Source: Ginglymostoma cirratum
Taxonomy: Eukaryota
Direction of reading: 5' to 3'
Assembly (NCBI GenBank): GCA_024137785.1
Contig: JAHRHZ010000133.1
Span: 25,037,874 to 25,101,873, forward strand
Length of the DNA stretch: 64,000 nucleotides
Made by a program: the position numbers and the translations under genes. The first letter of the stretch is position 1. Every line of letters starts with the position of its first letter. Below the pieces are notes generated by a model. It saw only the letters and a list, made by a program, of their open reading frames with translations, did not search any database and was not told where the DNA came from. Below are positions 37,502 through 48,490 of this stretch, piece by piece.

Positions 37502-37547
37502 AACTTTGCCACTCATACCAAACAAACTTTGCCACTCATACCAAACA
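37502..37547. repeat. Perfect 23 bp tandem duplication
   Basis: AACTTTGCCACTCATACCAAACA x2. Confidence 0.95.
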
Positions 37548-40500
37548 TCCAATTACATTATATGTCACCATGGTTGAAAACATTTTCACTCATCACACTG
37601 AATCAATAAGCAATAATTTCAGATATAGTTTTAACCCGATTCTTCAAACCAAAGGGTCAGAAGCATGCAAACCCATATATTTATTTTGTGTTCCTATGAG
37701 TGAACTTTGCATATTCAGCTTTAAGAGCCTAATAACATCTGCGTACGTTTCAGCAAGTAGGTCAATCAGTAATGTTTTGATTCAAATAAACTTAAACCCA
37801 ACCTTTCGGAAGTACAGCCTGCACAAATTTTACTTCCTGTAAATATTAATGTTTCCGAACTTTTCTGGACATCGAAATATCTTTGCTTTTAGTTATAATA
37901 ATTTCCCTTACAGAATAAACAGAGCAACACGTATATTTACTACCTGACGTTACCTTTTCCACATTAAAGTAGATGAATCAGAAACGATCTGATATATCTC
38001 ATGATTAGGTAAGTTGTTAACAAAGAGCTTGATAAACGCAACGTCCTTTGTGAAAATCATGATAGCATATGATATATGTTTATTGTCTTTTATTTCCTGA
38101 GGCGATGTTTTGGATAACAAAATTAAATTTGACCAGCATAATATGGCTTAGCATTTGGAGATGGTTAAATAAAATGAACTAAAGCTTGATCCAACTAGTG
38201 AGAATGGAAACTAAAACCTAATTATAAGATAGTTTTTTTTTCCAAGTTTCCTTGATGAAATCAAACAGCACTTAAATTTGATATAATTTAGCATTGTACT
38301 GTGCACTGATGATTTACGTCTTTTACCTTTGAGTTCTAAGGTTTAATAAAGGCCAGACAGATGGAATGAATCATCTACACAATTTGATGCTTCTTAAGGG
38401 TTGTAACTGAAACAACTTTGTGCTGCATTAACCCAGTTTTCATTGGATATGAGACTACAGCACAAAACTGTCTGTAATTTGGCACCAATTGCAGCTGATT
38501 GGATAGTCTCACTCAGATAGGCCACATAGATGACTGGTGTATGGTAAATGGAAATATCAGGGCAATGATCTTTTAGCTGGGGCAAGAAATGCATGAAATA
38601 ACACACCAAACACAAAACAATACCTATTCCTCCAGCAAATTTAAGATATCCACCAAGCTACTTGGCATGTTTCTCACTGTAAAAAGTTCAGTAGATTGAA
38701 GGTTAATACACAAAGGGAAACAAGTAAACATCTGTGATATAAATGTAAGGTAATTACCAGATAAATTGACTTTCTCTTATTTCATTTCCTTGTTTATTTT
38801 TAAGTGTGTTTAACTATTTATGTAAAAACATATTTGAAATAGTAAACATTATTTGATTGCATTTATTTAGCTGATAATAAATGCTGTTTCAAATTTATTT
38901 ATAAAATTAGAAGTACCCATTTTCTGTACAGTGATAAAAATTGTTAACTAGATTCATGCTAATGCATTACATATTAAAATAATTTGGAGGCATACATTTT
39001 CTTCTACTGTTTAGCAGCTTGATATTTGACCTGAATAAAATAAACTTCCTCATTGCAAAAAATATGCTAAAATATAACAATCAAAATAATTTCATTCATT
39101 GTATAAAAAAGCATATTTTAAAAACAAACAATGTTTACTCATTTATATGAAATATTTTTGTTTAGTGCTGCATATGTAACAACCTAAAGCTGGGTAAACA
39201 ATTATCAAATAAAATTAATTGAAATATCTGTTGAGAATATAGTATAGAATTTTCATACTGCTGTAGAGTTAGATGTACATATAAACATATGAAAATAAAG
39301 GAGAGGAGCAGAAAAGCTGGCTATTTGGCTTTTATTTTGAACAAGTCTTGTATTTGGTTACTGAGCTATTAGATTGCTTGGTCACTGAGTGACCACTAAT
39401 TCCTCAACAGAATTGCATATTATGTATAACTAATATCAGTTTCAAAAACACCACTACATGCGTTAATTTAGGGTCTGTAGTCTCTCGTGTCTACTAATTA
39501 CTTATGCAAGAATGTGCAGGCATCATGAAGAATAGAGGACATTGAGCTGGTTAAAACCAACAATTACCTCATGCTTTAATTAACAATTTGATCTTTTTTC
39601 TTCTAGCACTATGCTTTTGCATTCATATAGATAAAACAATACCCCCTGGATCTGAATTTACCAAAAATTACATATTCACTTTTTTTCATGATTTGTGAAT
39701 AAAGTGTGAGATCGCACAATCTAAGCTTTCAATCTGATTTATTAACATTTAGCTAAGAGTGTGATTAATTAAGAACATGCACACTCAAGACTATGTGCAC
39801 GTATGAAATAGCTTCTACTATACAAACAAACTAAATGTGCTCATTCAGATGTCATAATAACAGAATATCTGAACTGACTAACTATATGTCCATTTGTCCC
39901 TGTATGTTGTACATGCTTCAGGTACTGCTGAGTAAATGCAAATAAACTATTTACACTGACATATTGAGAGAGATATTTGTAAATTAGGTGTAATTATATT
40001 GATATGCATGCATTTAAAAATCAGGGAGTGGTGATTTGTTTTTTTTTTGTGGTCAAGGTTACACTATAGTTCTCCTTGATGATTTATAATGAGATAATAC
40101 TGGCACAAGCCTGTACAGAAAATGCTCACTGAGGTTTGTTTTCTGAGAGGAAAAAAATGCATTTTTCCTATCCATTCCTTTGTTGTTTCCAGACACCACA
40201 TGGCAAGAACTTATAGGTATATGGTTTCTTTAACAAAATAAAATGGTTAAAGGTGCCTCATCAACCTAGCAAATATGAAAGGCAGGCTATTGTTTCTAGG
40301 TTGCAGAAATTCCATTCTCAACCAACCAGGAAATATTGCATGAATACAATCTGCAAGTAGTACTTTTCATAAATTCCTCCCCTTACTAGGGAGCTATTTA
40401 GTTGGATCTTCAGCACAAAGTAGACACTTAGCAAGAATAATCTAGAATACTCGAGAACAATCCAGCTGCAACAAAAACACATTAACATCTGGAATGGAAC

Positions 40501-42563
40501 TTTGAATCCAATATTATTAATATTTTTTTCATTTAAACCCACTGAGCCTTGGAGAACTCAGATCTTATAAAAGTTCATGTTATTTCTGAAAGTTTCTAAA
40601 AGTTTAAAGCATTATACCTGATTTATATTAAATATCAAAACAAACGAGTTTAGCTTATATGTAGACGTTTGAACAATTCAGTTGTATTCACTCTGTTGGC
40701 CATTAAAACATTGACATTGACATTAGAGTATTGTATTGTAACAAAAATAAATCATATTACAATAAATTTAAATTTGCAATAGAATTTGGACTGTTTACAT
40801 TTTTGGTAATATTTCATTAATAGCTTAATATCTTGTGATTATTATTTGGGATAATTAATACATGTGAAAAAATATCAACTAAAACTTCTCCTTTAGCACT
40901 TCATCGCTGCTAAGTAACAGTGAATGAGTCCATATTTGTTTTTGTCAACACTGTTAGATTTATACAAAATAAATGTTTAAGTTTGATACTTGTGTATAAT
41001 GCTGGATCTATTTTTAACAGTTTTTTTTGTTAAGCTGGTAGGGAGGGTGGTGCAGTGGCATTAAGATAATACTGTAAATGTTTATAAACAGACTGTACTC
41101 TGATTTGTAGCAAGCAGAGACAGAAACATTCATTCTCTGAAGCTCATCTCCATGCTTATTAGGTATAAATATGGTAGAAACCTCTTAAATATGGTAAGTT
41201 ATAGAATTAAATGAATTGTTAGCCTTATGAAAATTCAATATATGCAATCTGACAAATGCAGGAAGGCAATGTCCGTTGACCCATGGTCTACATTAAATAT
41301 AAAATAAAGTTGTTCATCCTGTGTGTATTGTTCATTGTTTCAAAGAAAGAGAGATGGAAAGTGAGGCTATCAGAAATGAGAACATTTATATGTGAGACAA
41401 CTTTCAATCTCGGAAGAACAACTAGAATTGGAGCAGAAAACTGAAGACAATACTAACAGTCATATTTTAAGATTTCATGGATTGGTTATGTTACTGGACT
41501 TTAGTTATTTATAATGGGTGCCACCATTAAAAATGCAGTGCAATAATTGTTTAAATTTGCAGCCTTGCAGGTAAGTATTCTTTTGTGGGACCTTTGCTGA
41601 ATTAGACTTTAAATAAATATCAATATGCACCAGTTGCTTATTAGAGTTAATGAGAAAAGTGTCTCTTTTTTCGTCTCACTGTTACAGATTTGATGTGCCA
41701 CCTTACAGAGTTAATGTGTGATGCAAAATATGCAATTCTTTTAATTATATTGACAATCTGCAACACATTGCTTTCCAATATATTTTCTTTAACTCCCAAT
41801 AAGTTCAGTTTCTCTCCAACTTGCAAAACATTTAGAAGTAGTCACAATATTTTTGGAAGAACCTATATCTCTGAAGTTTGAAAGGTAAAAAAAAAATTGG
41901 AAGAGGGAGCAAGGAATATTAAAACCAAGACATGTATACCCATATACACCAGCACTGGAAAGCTAGCTATATATATGTTCATTCAATAAAATTATAAATG
42001 GTTCATGCTGTCCAGTACAATTCCAGTCATCAAAACTGTACTTATAATGACCTCTTGTTAAAACAACATAGGGGCACAATCTGATATACTGTCAATTTTT
42101 GTGATTACTCTTTGCTGGTGTGTAATATTCTTTAATCATATGACAGGGGTGAGAGTTTTATCATTAATCGTAAATAAAGTGGCATTCTCAGAGGGAGAAA
42201 AGATAGAGCAAATGGTGAATGGATGTTCAATGTTATGAATGAACAATGAATGTTACTGCTGGAAATATATGTGGAATGCTGAATGCTGGAGTGTATTATA
42301 TGGAAAACACTGAGCTCTGCAGCAGCCCAGCGCAGTACTGGTTGAACAATTCAATGTGGGACTTGCAAGGCTGATGAAGTGGCAGAGTTAGTGATTGAAA
42401 TGCAGGGAGATATTTGAAGCAGTTAGGCTGGGAAAAGAGAACATTGATTATAAATGAACAGGTGGGTGAAGCAGCTGGAATGTAAGGCAGAGGAGAAAAC
42501 AAGCAACATAGCAAATGTAGGGTGAAAATAACTGCATAGCAGACACAAAAGATGAGAAAAGAT

Positions 42564-42781
42564 GAGATAGTAGGAACTTCCGATGCTGGAGAATCTGGGA
42601 TAACAAAGTGTAGAGCTGGATGAACACAGCAGGCCAAGCAGCATCAGAGGAGCAGGAAAGCTGATGTTTCGGGTCGAGACCCTTCTTCAGAAGAAGAATC
42701 TCGACCTGAAACGTCAGCTTTCCTGCTTCTCTGATGTTGCTTGGCCTGCTGTGTTCATCCAGCTCTACATCTTGTTGTCTT
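42564..42781. mobile_element. Palindromic (fold-back) Penelope-like insertion with 13 bp TSD and two defective hammerhead cores
   Basis: ~90 bp inverted arms 42599-42688 and 42690-42779 around a single central base. Direct repeat AGAAAAGATGAGA at 42555-42567 and 42782-42794. Confidence 0.9.
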
Positions 42782-42964
42782 AGAAAAGATGAGACGTTAA
42801 GATGAAGTAATATATAAATATATTATATATAATATATATATAAGTAATATATAAAAGACACTTTTAGCCAATGGGCTGGAATTAATTTTTGTTGAGGTGT
42901 GTGTGTGGAGTTATTAACTAGGTTGAATCAAGCAAGTTACTATCTTTCAGACATGTGATATGAG

Positions 42965-43175
42965 AGGGTACCAGTTAACTCGTTTGGCTGGATGGCTGGC
43001 TTACAATGTAGAAGTAGCACCATCAGTGTGTTTTCCATTCCTGCACTGGCTGAGGGTGCCATATAGAACTTTCCTTCTCAAACCTGTCCACTCACCTGAG
43101 ACATGGTGACCTCAGGTTAAACTGCCTTTCTGTAATGAGAAAGCACTGGTAGGAGTATGGTGACTTTACCTTTTT
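42965..43175 (+). mobile_element. tRNA-derived SINE, same family as 5720-5920
   Basis: Shared ctggatggctg...ctgagg...ccttctcaa...acctgag...ctcaggttaaac blocks. Confidence 0.7.
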
Positions 43176-43669
43176 CGTATGCAAGGTTTGTCCAAATTGT
43201 AGAAAGTTTTACTGTTTATCTGTGCTTCGTTGAAAATAATTGTGCTTCATATTTTGAAAGTTGCTATGATAAGATGCAGCAGGACATGCAGCAAATAACT
43301 ACATTGAAAGGACAGCTCATAAAGGGGGAGCAGCAGGTCAACTGCTGTCGGGTGATAAAAAAAGTAATGATCAGTAGCTAAAGTATGGAAAGTAAGAGCA
43401 GACCTTGGGGAATAAATCTTTATCAGTGCACATATTATTTTCTGTTGTGGTTAAAGCTAATAGTCTTGTAGAATTCTATGGAAACAAGGCATGCTGTTTA
43501 ATTTCCTCTGTGTATCATTTAAAACAAAATGTTTTCATTGGCTTTCTCTAACTTCGGTAACTAATTTCCCATTTGCCTCAGCTGTTAAACAATAAAATAG
43601 TGTGCAAAGGAGCCAGTTACTCAGTTAACTGAAAATAATGAAGGAAAGTAGCTACAAAATAGGCCTTTC

Positions 43670-44025
43670 ACAACTATAAGAATTATCAAAGCTCTTTATA
43701 CACAATGAAGTAATGTAATGTAATGTAAGAAACATGGCAGCACATGACAAGGTCTCCAAATAATCATGTGATAATGATCCGTTTGAGCAATGTAGGTTGG
43801 TAGATACATGTTAGCCAGGGCACTGGGGATAACTCCCATGATCTTCTTTGAAATAATGCCATGTTTACCTCTATTACATCCACCTGAGAAGTTGGACAGG
43901 GTCTTTCTTTAACATCTTTTCTAAAAGACAGCTTTCTTAACAGTGTTGCATTGGAGTGTCAGTGAAGATTTCATGTTATATCTCTACAATAGGAGTTGAA
44001 TTCACAACATTCTGACTCAGGAGTC
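43670..44025 (-). mobile_element. SacSINE1-like Deu-domain SINE
   Basis: Reverse complement carries Deu-domain-like CTCAGGTGGATGTAA...CATGGCATTATTTCAAAGAAGA...GGGAGTTATCCCCAGTGCCCTGGC and a tRNA-like head CTGAGTCAGAATGTTGTGAATTCAA. Confidence 0.75.
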
Positions 44026-44287
44026 TGAGCTTAAATAGATACTAAGTCAGAGGAAAAACATAAAAAATAACTGCTGAATTTAAAAAATTAGCAGTTTGTA
44101 CCAAAAGACACAGGACGGAAGAGTGAGATGAATGAGGTTGAAAAGGAACAACTCGGATTCTTTGGTCAGGTGATCCTTATGAAAACTCGGCAATAAATTG
44201 AAGAATGCTTCTCCTGTGGTGAAAGAATTCTAATTATTGTAGATAGTACATTTGATTGGCAAACTATTCCATAGCAAAGGGTTCATA

Positions 44288-44505
44288 TGAACATAGGAAT
44301 TAGAACCAGAACTAGGCCATTTGGCCCTTCAACTTTGCACTTCCACCCAATAAGATCATGACTGATCTGTTTGCATCCTGAACTGCATGCTCTCATCTAT
44401 CCTGGATCAACATTGCTACCTCTGTCTATCAAAAATTAACAATCACTACTCTAAGAACATTGAATTATCCCACCTCCACCATCTTCTGTTGTAGAGTGCC
44501 AAAGT
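44288..44505 (-). mobile_element. CR1 LINE 3' end (outermost element of nest, continues at 51645-51870)
   Basis: gaacataggaattagaaccagaactaggccatttggccc is the reverse complement of a CR1 tail. The sequence resumes colinearly at 51645 (tcacgcaaccctctgagag). Confidence 0.65.
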
Positions 44506-44509
44506 AGCA

Positions 44510-44858
44510 ACTCAAGACTGGGAATACATGAGGCAAAGTACACCATCAACAGCTGCAGAATTGTGCTCCAAAAACAATCAGCAATCTCACAGCCTGGAAT
44601 ACCTCTCACTCAGTATTCCGCGAAGCCAGGCAATCAACTCTGGTTCAAAGAGCAGTGCAGGAAAACGTGCAAGGAGTAGCATTATGCACACATAAAACAG
44701 AGGTGTCAACCTGGTGAAGCCACAACACAGGATTACCTGTATATCAAAAAGCATAAGGAACATGTGCTAGACAAAACCAAGTAATTCTACAACCAATGAA
44801 GCTGATCAGGATTCTGGAATCCTGCCATATCTAATTGTGAATGGTGGTGAACTGGACA
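44510..44858 (+). mobile_element. Old CR1/L2-group LINE, left part (continues 51065-51645)
   Basis: QLWFKEQC-like and WW motifs. The continuation has WK.AQ...YKKQDK.NP.NY motifs and the same 3' tail as 57420-58220. Confidence 0.55.
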
Positions 44859-44859
44859 G

Positions 44860-45033
44860 GTAGGTGAAAGATGAAGTTCAATGTAAAGCTGTGAGGTAAT
44901 GCATTTTGCTAGGAAGAACATGGATAAATGATATAAAATAGCACATATAATAGCAGAGGAATTGTGTATTATTGTGCATTGATCTCTGAAAGTGGCAGGA
45001 CAAGTGAAGATGGCAGCTAATAAAGCACATAAT
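44860..45033 (+). mobile_element. Old CR1 fragment (continues 46100-46395 and 50735-51062)
   Basis: MKFN...CEVMHF.RKN motif. The pieces join colinearly across younger insertions and end in a (ATTCTGTG)2 tail at ~51062. Confidence 0.6.
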
Positions 45034-46096
45034 GGATGGAAAATTCTGGACCATTCTCGTCCATTCCGTCCATTCTGGACGGAAAATATTCAACATGGTG
45101 CTCAGTTACGAGTGGTGTACCACGAGGATCTGTTCTGGGTCCTCTTCTATTTGTGATTTTTGTAAATGATTTGGATGATTAGCAAGTTTGCAGACGATAT
45201 GAAAGTGGGTCACGTTGTGAACAGTGCAGAGGGCTGTTCTAGGTTACAAAGGGACATTGATAGAATGCAGAGCTGGACTGAGAAGTGGCAGATGGAGTTT
45301 AACCCTGAAAAGTGTGAGGTGATTCATTTTGGAAGGACAAACTTGAAAGCAGAATATAGGGTTAACGGAAAGATTCTTGGCAATGTGGAGGAGCAGAGGG
45401 ATCTTGGGGTTCATGTTCACAGTTCCCTGAAAGCTGCCACCCAGGTGGATAGAGTTGTTAAGAAGGCGTATGGTGTGTTAGCTTTCATTAATAGAAGGAT
45501 TGAGTTCAAGAGCCGTGAAGTTATGCTCCAGCTCTCCAAAAGCCTGGTTTGGCCACATCTGGAGTATTGTGTCCAGTTCTGGTCACCTCATTACAGGAAA
45601 GATGTGGAAGCGTTGGAAAGGGTGCAGAGGAGATTTACCAGGATGTTGCCTGGAATGGAGGGAAGGTGTTACGAGGAAAGGTTGCGAGAGCTAGGGCTTT
45701 TCTCTTTAGAACGACGAAGGATGAGAGGTGACTTGATAGAGGTGTACAAAATGATCAGAGGTATAGATAGAGTAGACAGCCAGAGACTTTTTCCTAGGGT
45801 GGAGGTAGCTTTTACGAGGGGACATAGTTTTAAAGTGAAAGGAGTTAGATATTGGGGAGACGTCAGAGGTAGGTTCTTCACTCAGAGAGTGGTCAGGGCG
45901 TGGAATGCATTGCGGAGAGGGTAGTGGAGTTGGCCTCATTAGGGGCATTTAAGCGGCTATTAGATAGGCATATGGATGATAGTATAAGGTAGGGATGGAG
46001 GTTAGATAGACCTTAGGTTTCGGACAAAAGTTCAGCATAACATCGTGGGCCGAAGGGCCTGTTCTGTGCTGTACTGTTCTATGTTCTATGTTCTAT
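45034..46096 (+). mobile_element. Young 5'-truncated CR1 (HER1-like) LINE, RT C-terminal half plus 3'UTR
   Basis: ORF 45166-45924 with ISKFADD, WQMEFNPEKCEVIHFG, HLEYCVQFWSP, LERVQRRFTRM and FFTQRVV..WN.L. (TTCTATG)n tail and possible ATAAT TSD at 45029-45033 and 46095-46099. Confidence 0.95.
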
Positions 46097-46099
46097 AAT

Positions 46100-46395
46100 C
46101 TGCTGTGTTTTATTAATAGAGGCATGTAGTAAAACAGAAAGGTGATTATGCTGAATTTATGTAATAGACCTCAGATAAATATTGTGCTCAGTTCTGGGTG
46201 CCACTCTGTAAATATGTGGATACATTGGAAAGTGTGCAGAAGAGATTTACAGAAATGTTTCCAAGGATGAGCCACTTCAGTTACAAAGGTAGATTAAAGG
46301 GATTGTGGCCATCCTCCTTGGGGGAAGAAGGCTAGGAGGAAATCTGATGTTTTCAAACTCGTTAGAGACCTAGATGGAGTCCATAAAATATGAGA
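46100..46395 (+). mobile_element. Old CR1 fragment, middle piece
   Basis: FINRG, YCAQFW.P and LESVQKRFT motifs with stops and frameshifts. Confidence 0.7.
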
Positions 46396-48178
46396 CTATA
46401 AGATATAGGGCAGAATTAAGCCATTAAATCCGTTCAGTCTGCTCCCTGTTTGATCAAGGCTGATGTGTTTCTTAACCCCATTCCCTTGCCTTCTATAGTA
46501 GCCTTTGATCCCCTTACTAATCAAGAACCTATCTATCTCTGTCTTAAACACACTCAATGACTTGACCTCCAAAACATTCTGCAGCAATGAGTCCACAGAT
46601 TCACCACCCTCTGGCTAAAGAAATTCCTCCTCATCTCAGTTCTAAAAGATTTTCCTTTCACTCTGAGGCTGTGCCCTTGGGTCCTACTAATGGAACCATC
46701 TTCTCCACATCCATTTTATCCAAACCTGTCAGTATTCAGTAATCAGATACAGAATCCTCAACCACTTCTCATGTCAAGTTCTTCGTCGCCGGGATCATTC
46801 TTGTAAACTCGTCTAGACCCTCTCAAAGGCCAGCATATCCTTCTCTAGATACAGTGCCCAAAACTGATCACAACATTCCAAATATGACCAGAGCCTTACA
46901 CAGCCTCAGCAGTACATCCTTGCTCTTGTGTTCTAGCTCTCTCAAAATGAATGCTAACATTGCATTTGCCTTCCTAACTGCCAACTAAACCTGCATGTTA
47001 ACATTAAGAGATTCCTGAACTAGGACTCCTAAATTCCTTTGTGCTTCAGATTTCCAAAGCCTTTCTCCATTTAGAAAATAAGAATTCTAACAAATTCAAA
47101 GAATTCTAACCGATTAGTCAGGATGACCTCCCCTTGGTGAATCCATGCAAACTCAGCCCTACTTTGCTATGCACTCCCAAGTACTCCGCAATGTCATCTG
47201 TAATAATTTAAAATCTTACCAACGAACAAGGGAAGTTAATGAGCCAAGAATTTCCCATCTTCTACCTCCTTCCCTTCTTAAACAGTGGTATAATTTTGGC
47301 CATTTTCCCGTTCTCTGGATCTTACCTGATTCCAATAATTCCTGAAAGATCGCCTCCAATGCTTGAAGAATCTCCTCAGCATTATCCTTCAGAACTCTGG
47401 TGTGTAGTCCATCTGGTCCGTGTGATTTATCCACCTTCAGACCTTTCAGGTTTCCCAGGACCTGTTCCTTAGTGATCCATTACACTCACCTCTGCCTCCT
47501 GACTCTCTTGAAGTTCTGGTGCGCTGCTGGTGTCTTGCACTGTAAAGATTTATGGAAAGTACTTATTCAGTTTCTCTGTCATTTCTTTGTTCCCCATTAC
47601 TACTCCTCCAGCCTCATATTCCAGTGGTCCAATGTCTACTCTTGCCTCTCTCCTACCTTTTATATTTATACAAAAAGCTCTTGCAATCCTCTTGTATATT
47701 ATTAGTTGGCTTTGCCTTTCATTTCATCTTCTTCCCCTTTTTTCAGTTTTTATCTGTTGGTTTTTAAAGGCTTCCTAATCCTTTGGCTTTACACTAATCT
47801 TCAACACGTTGTAAGCATTTTGGTCAATGCTGTCCCTAACTTCCATTGTCAGTCATGGTTGCCTCATCTTCCCTTTGTATATTTCATGTTCCTTGTGATG
47901 AATTTCTGCTGTGCATCCCAAATTATCCACAGATTTCCTGCTATTGCTGCTCCGCCATCTTCCCTGCTATGCTCTCCTTCCAATCAACTCTGTCCAGTTG
48001 TTTCCTCATGCACCTTCACTCAATTACAATACCATTGCATCTGATTCCAGCTTCACCCTCTCAAAAATGCAGTGTGAATTCTGTCATATTTAAGGTCACT
48101 GCATCCTATAGGTTCCTTCACCTTAAGCTCCCTAATCATGTCTGCCTCATGATACACCACTAAATCCAGAATTGCCAA

Positions 48179-48490
48179 CTAGAACTAGAGAGCATAACTT
48201 CACAGTAAGGGGGAGCAGATTTCGGACTGAGTTGAGGAGGAACTTCTTCACCGAAAGGCTGGTGAAACTATGGAGTTCCCTGCCCAGTGAAGCAGTAGAG
48301 GCTATCTCATTGAATGTTTTTAAGGCAAAGATAGATAGATTTTTGAACCATAAAGGAATTAACATTTATAGTGAGTGGGTGGATAAGTGGATCTGAATCC
48401 ACAAAAAGATCAGCCATGATCTGATTGAATGTTGGAGCAGGCTTTATGGGTCAGATGGCCTACTGCTGCTCCTATTTCTTATGTTCTTAT
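48179..48490 (+). mobile_element. Short 5'-truncated CR1 3' end inserted in the larger CR1
   Basis: RTREH...RRNFFTERLVKLWSSLPSEAVEA...FKAKIDRFL followed by a (TTCTTATG)2 tail. Confidence 0.9.

Noticed and set aside
45166-45924. 252 aa ORF as a host gene or active retrotransposon
   Set aside because: 5'-truncated CR1 RT fragment with a deletion before the FADD motif and a frameshift near the end.
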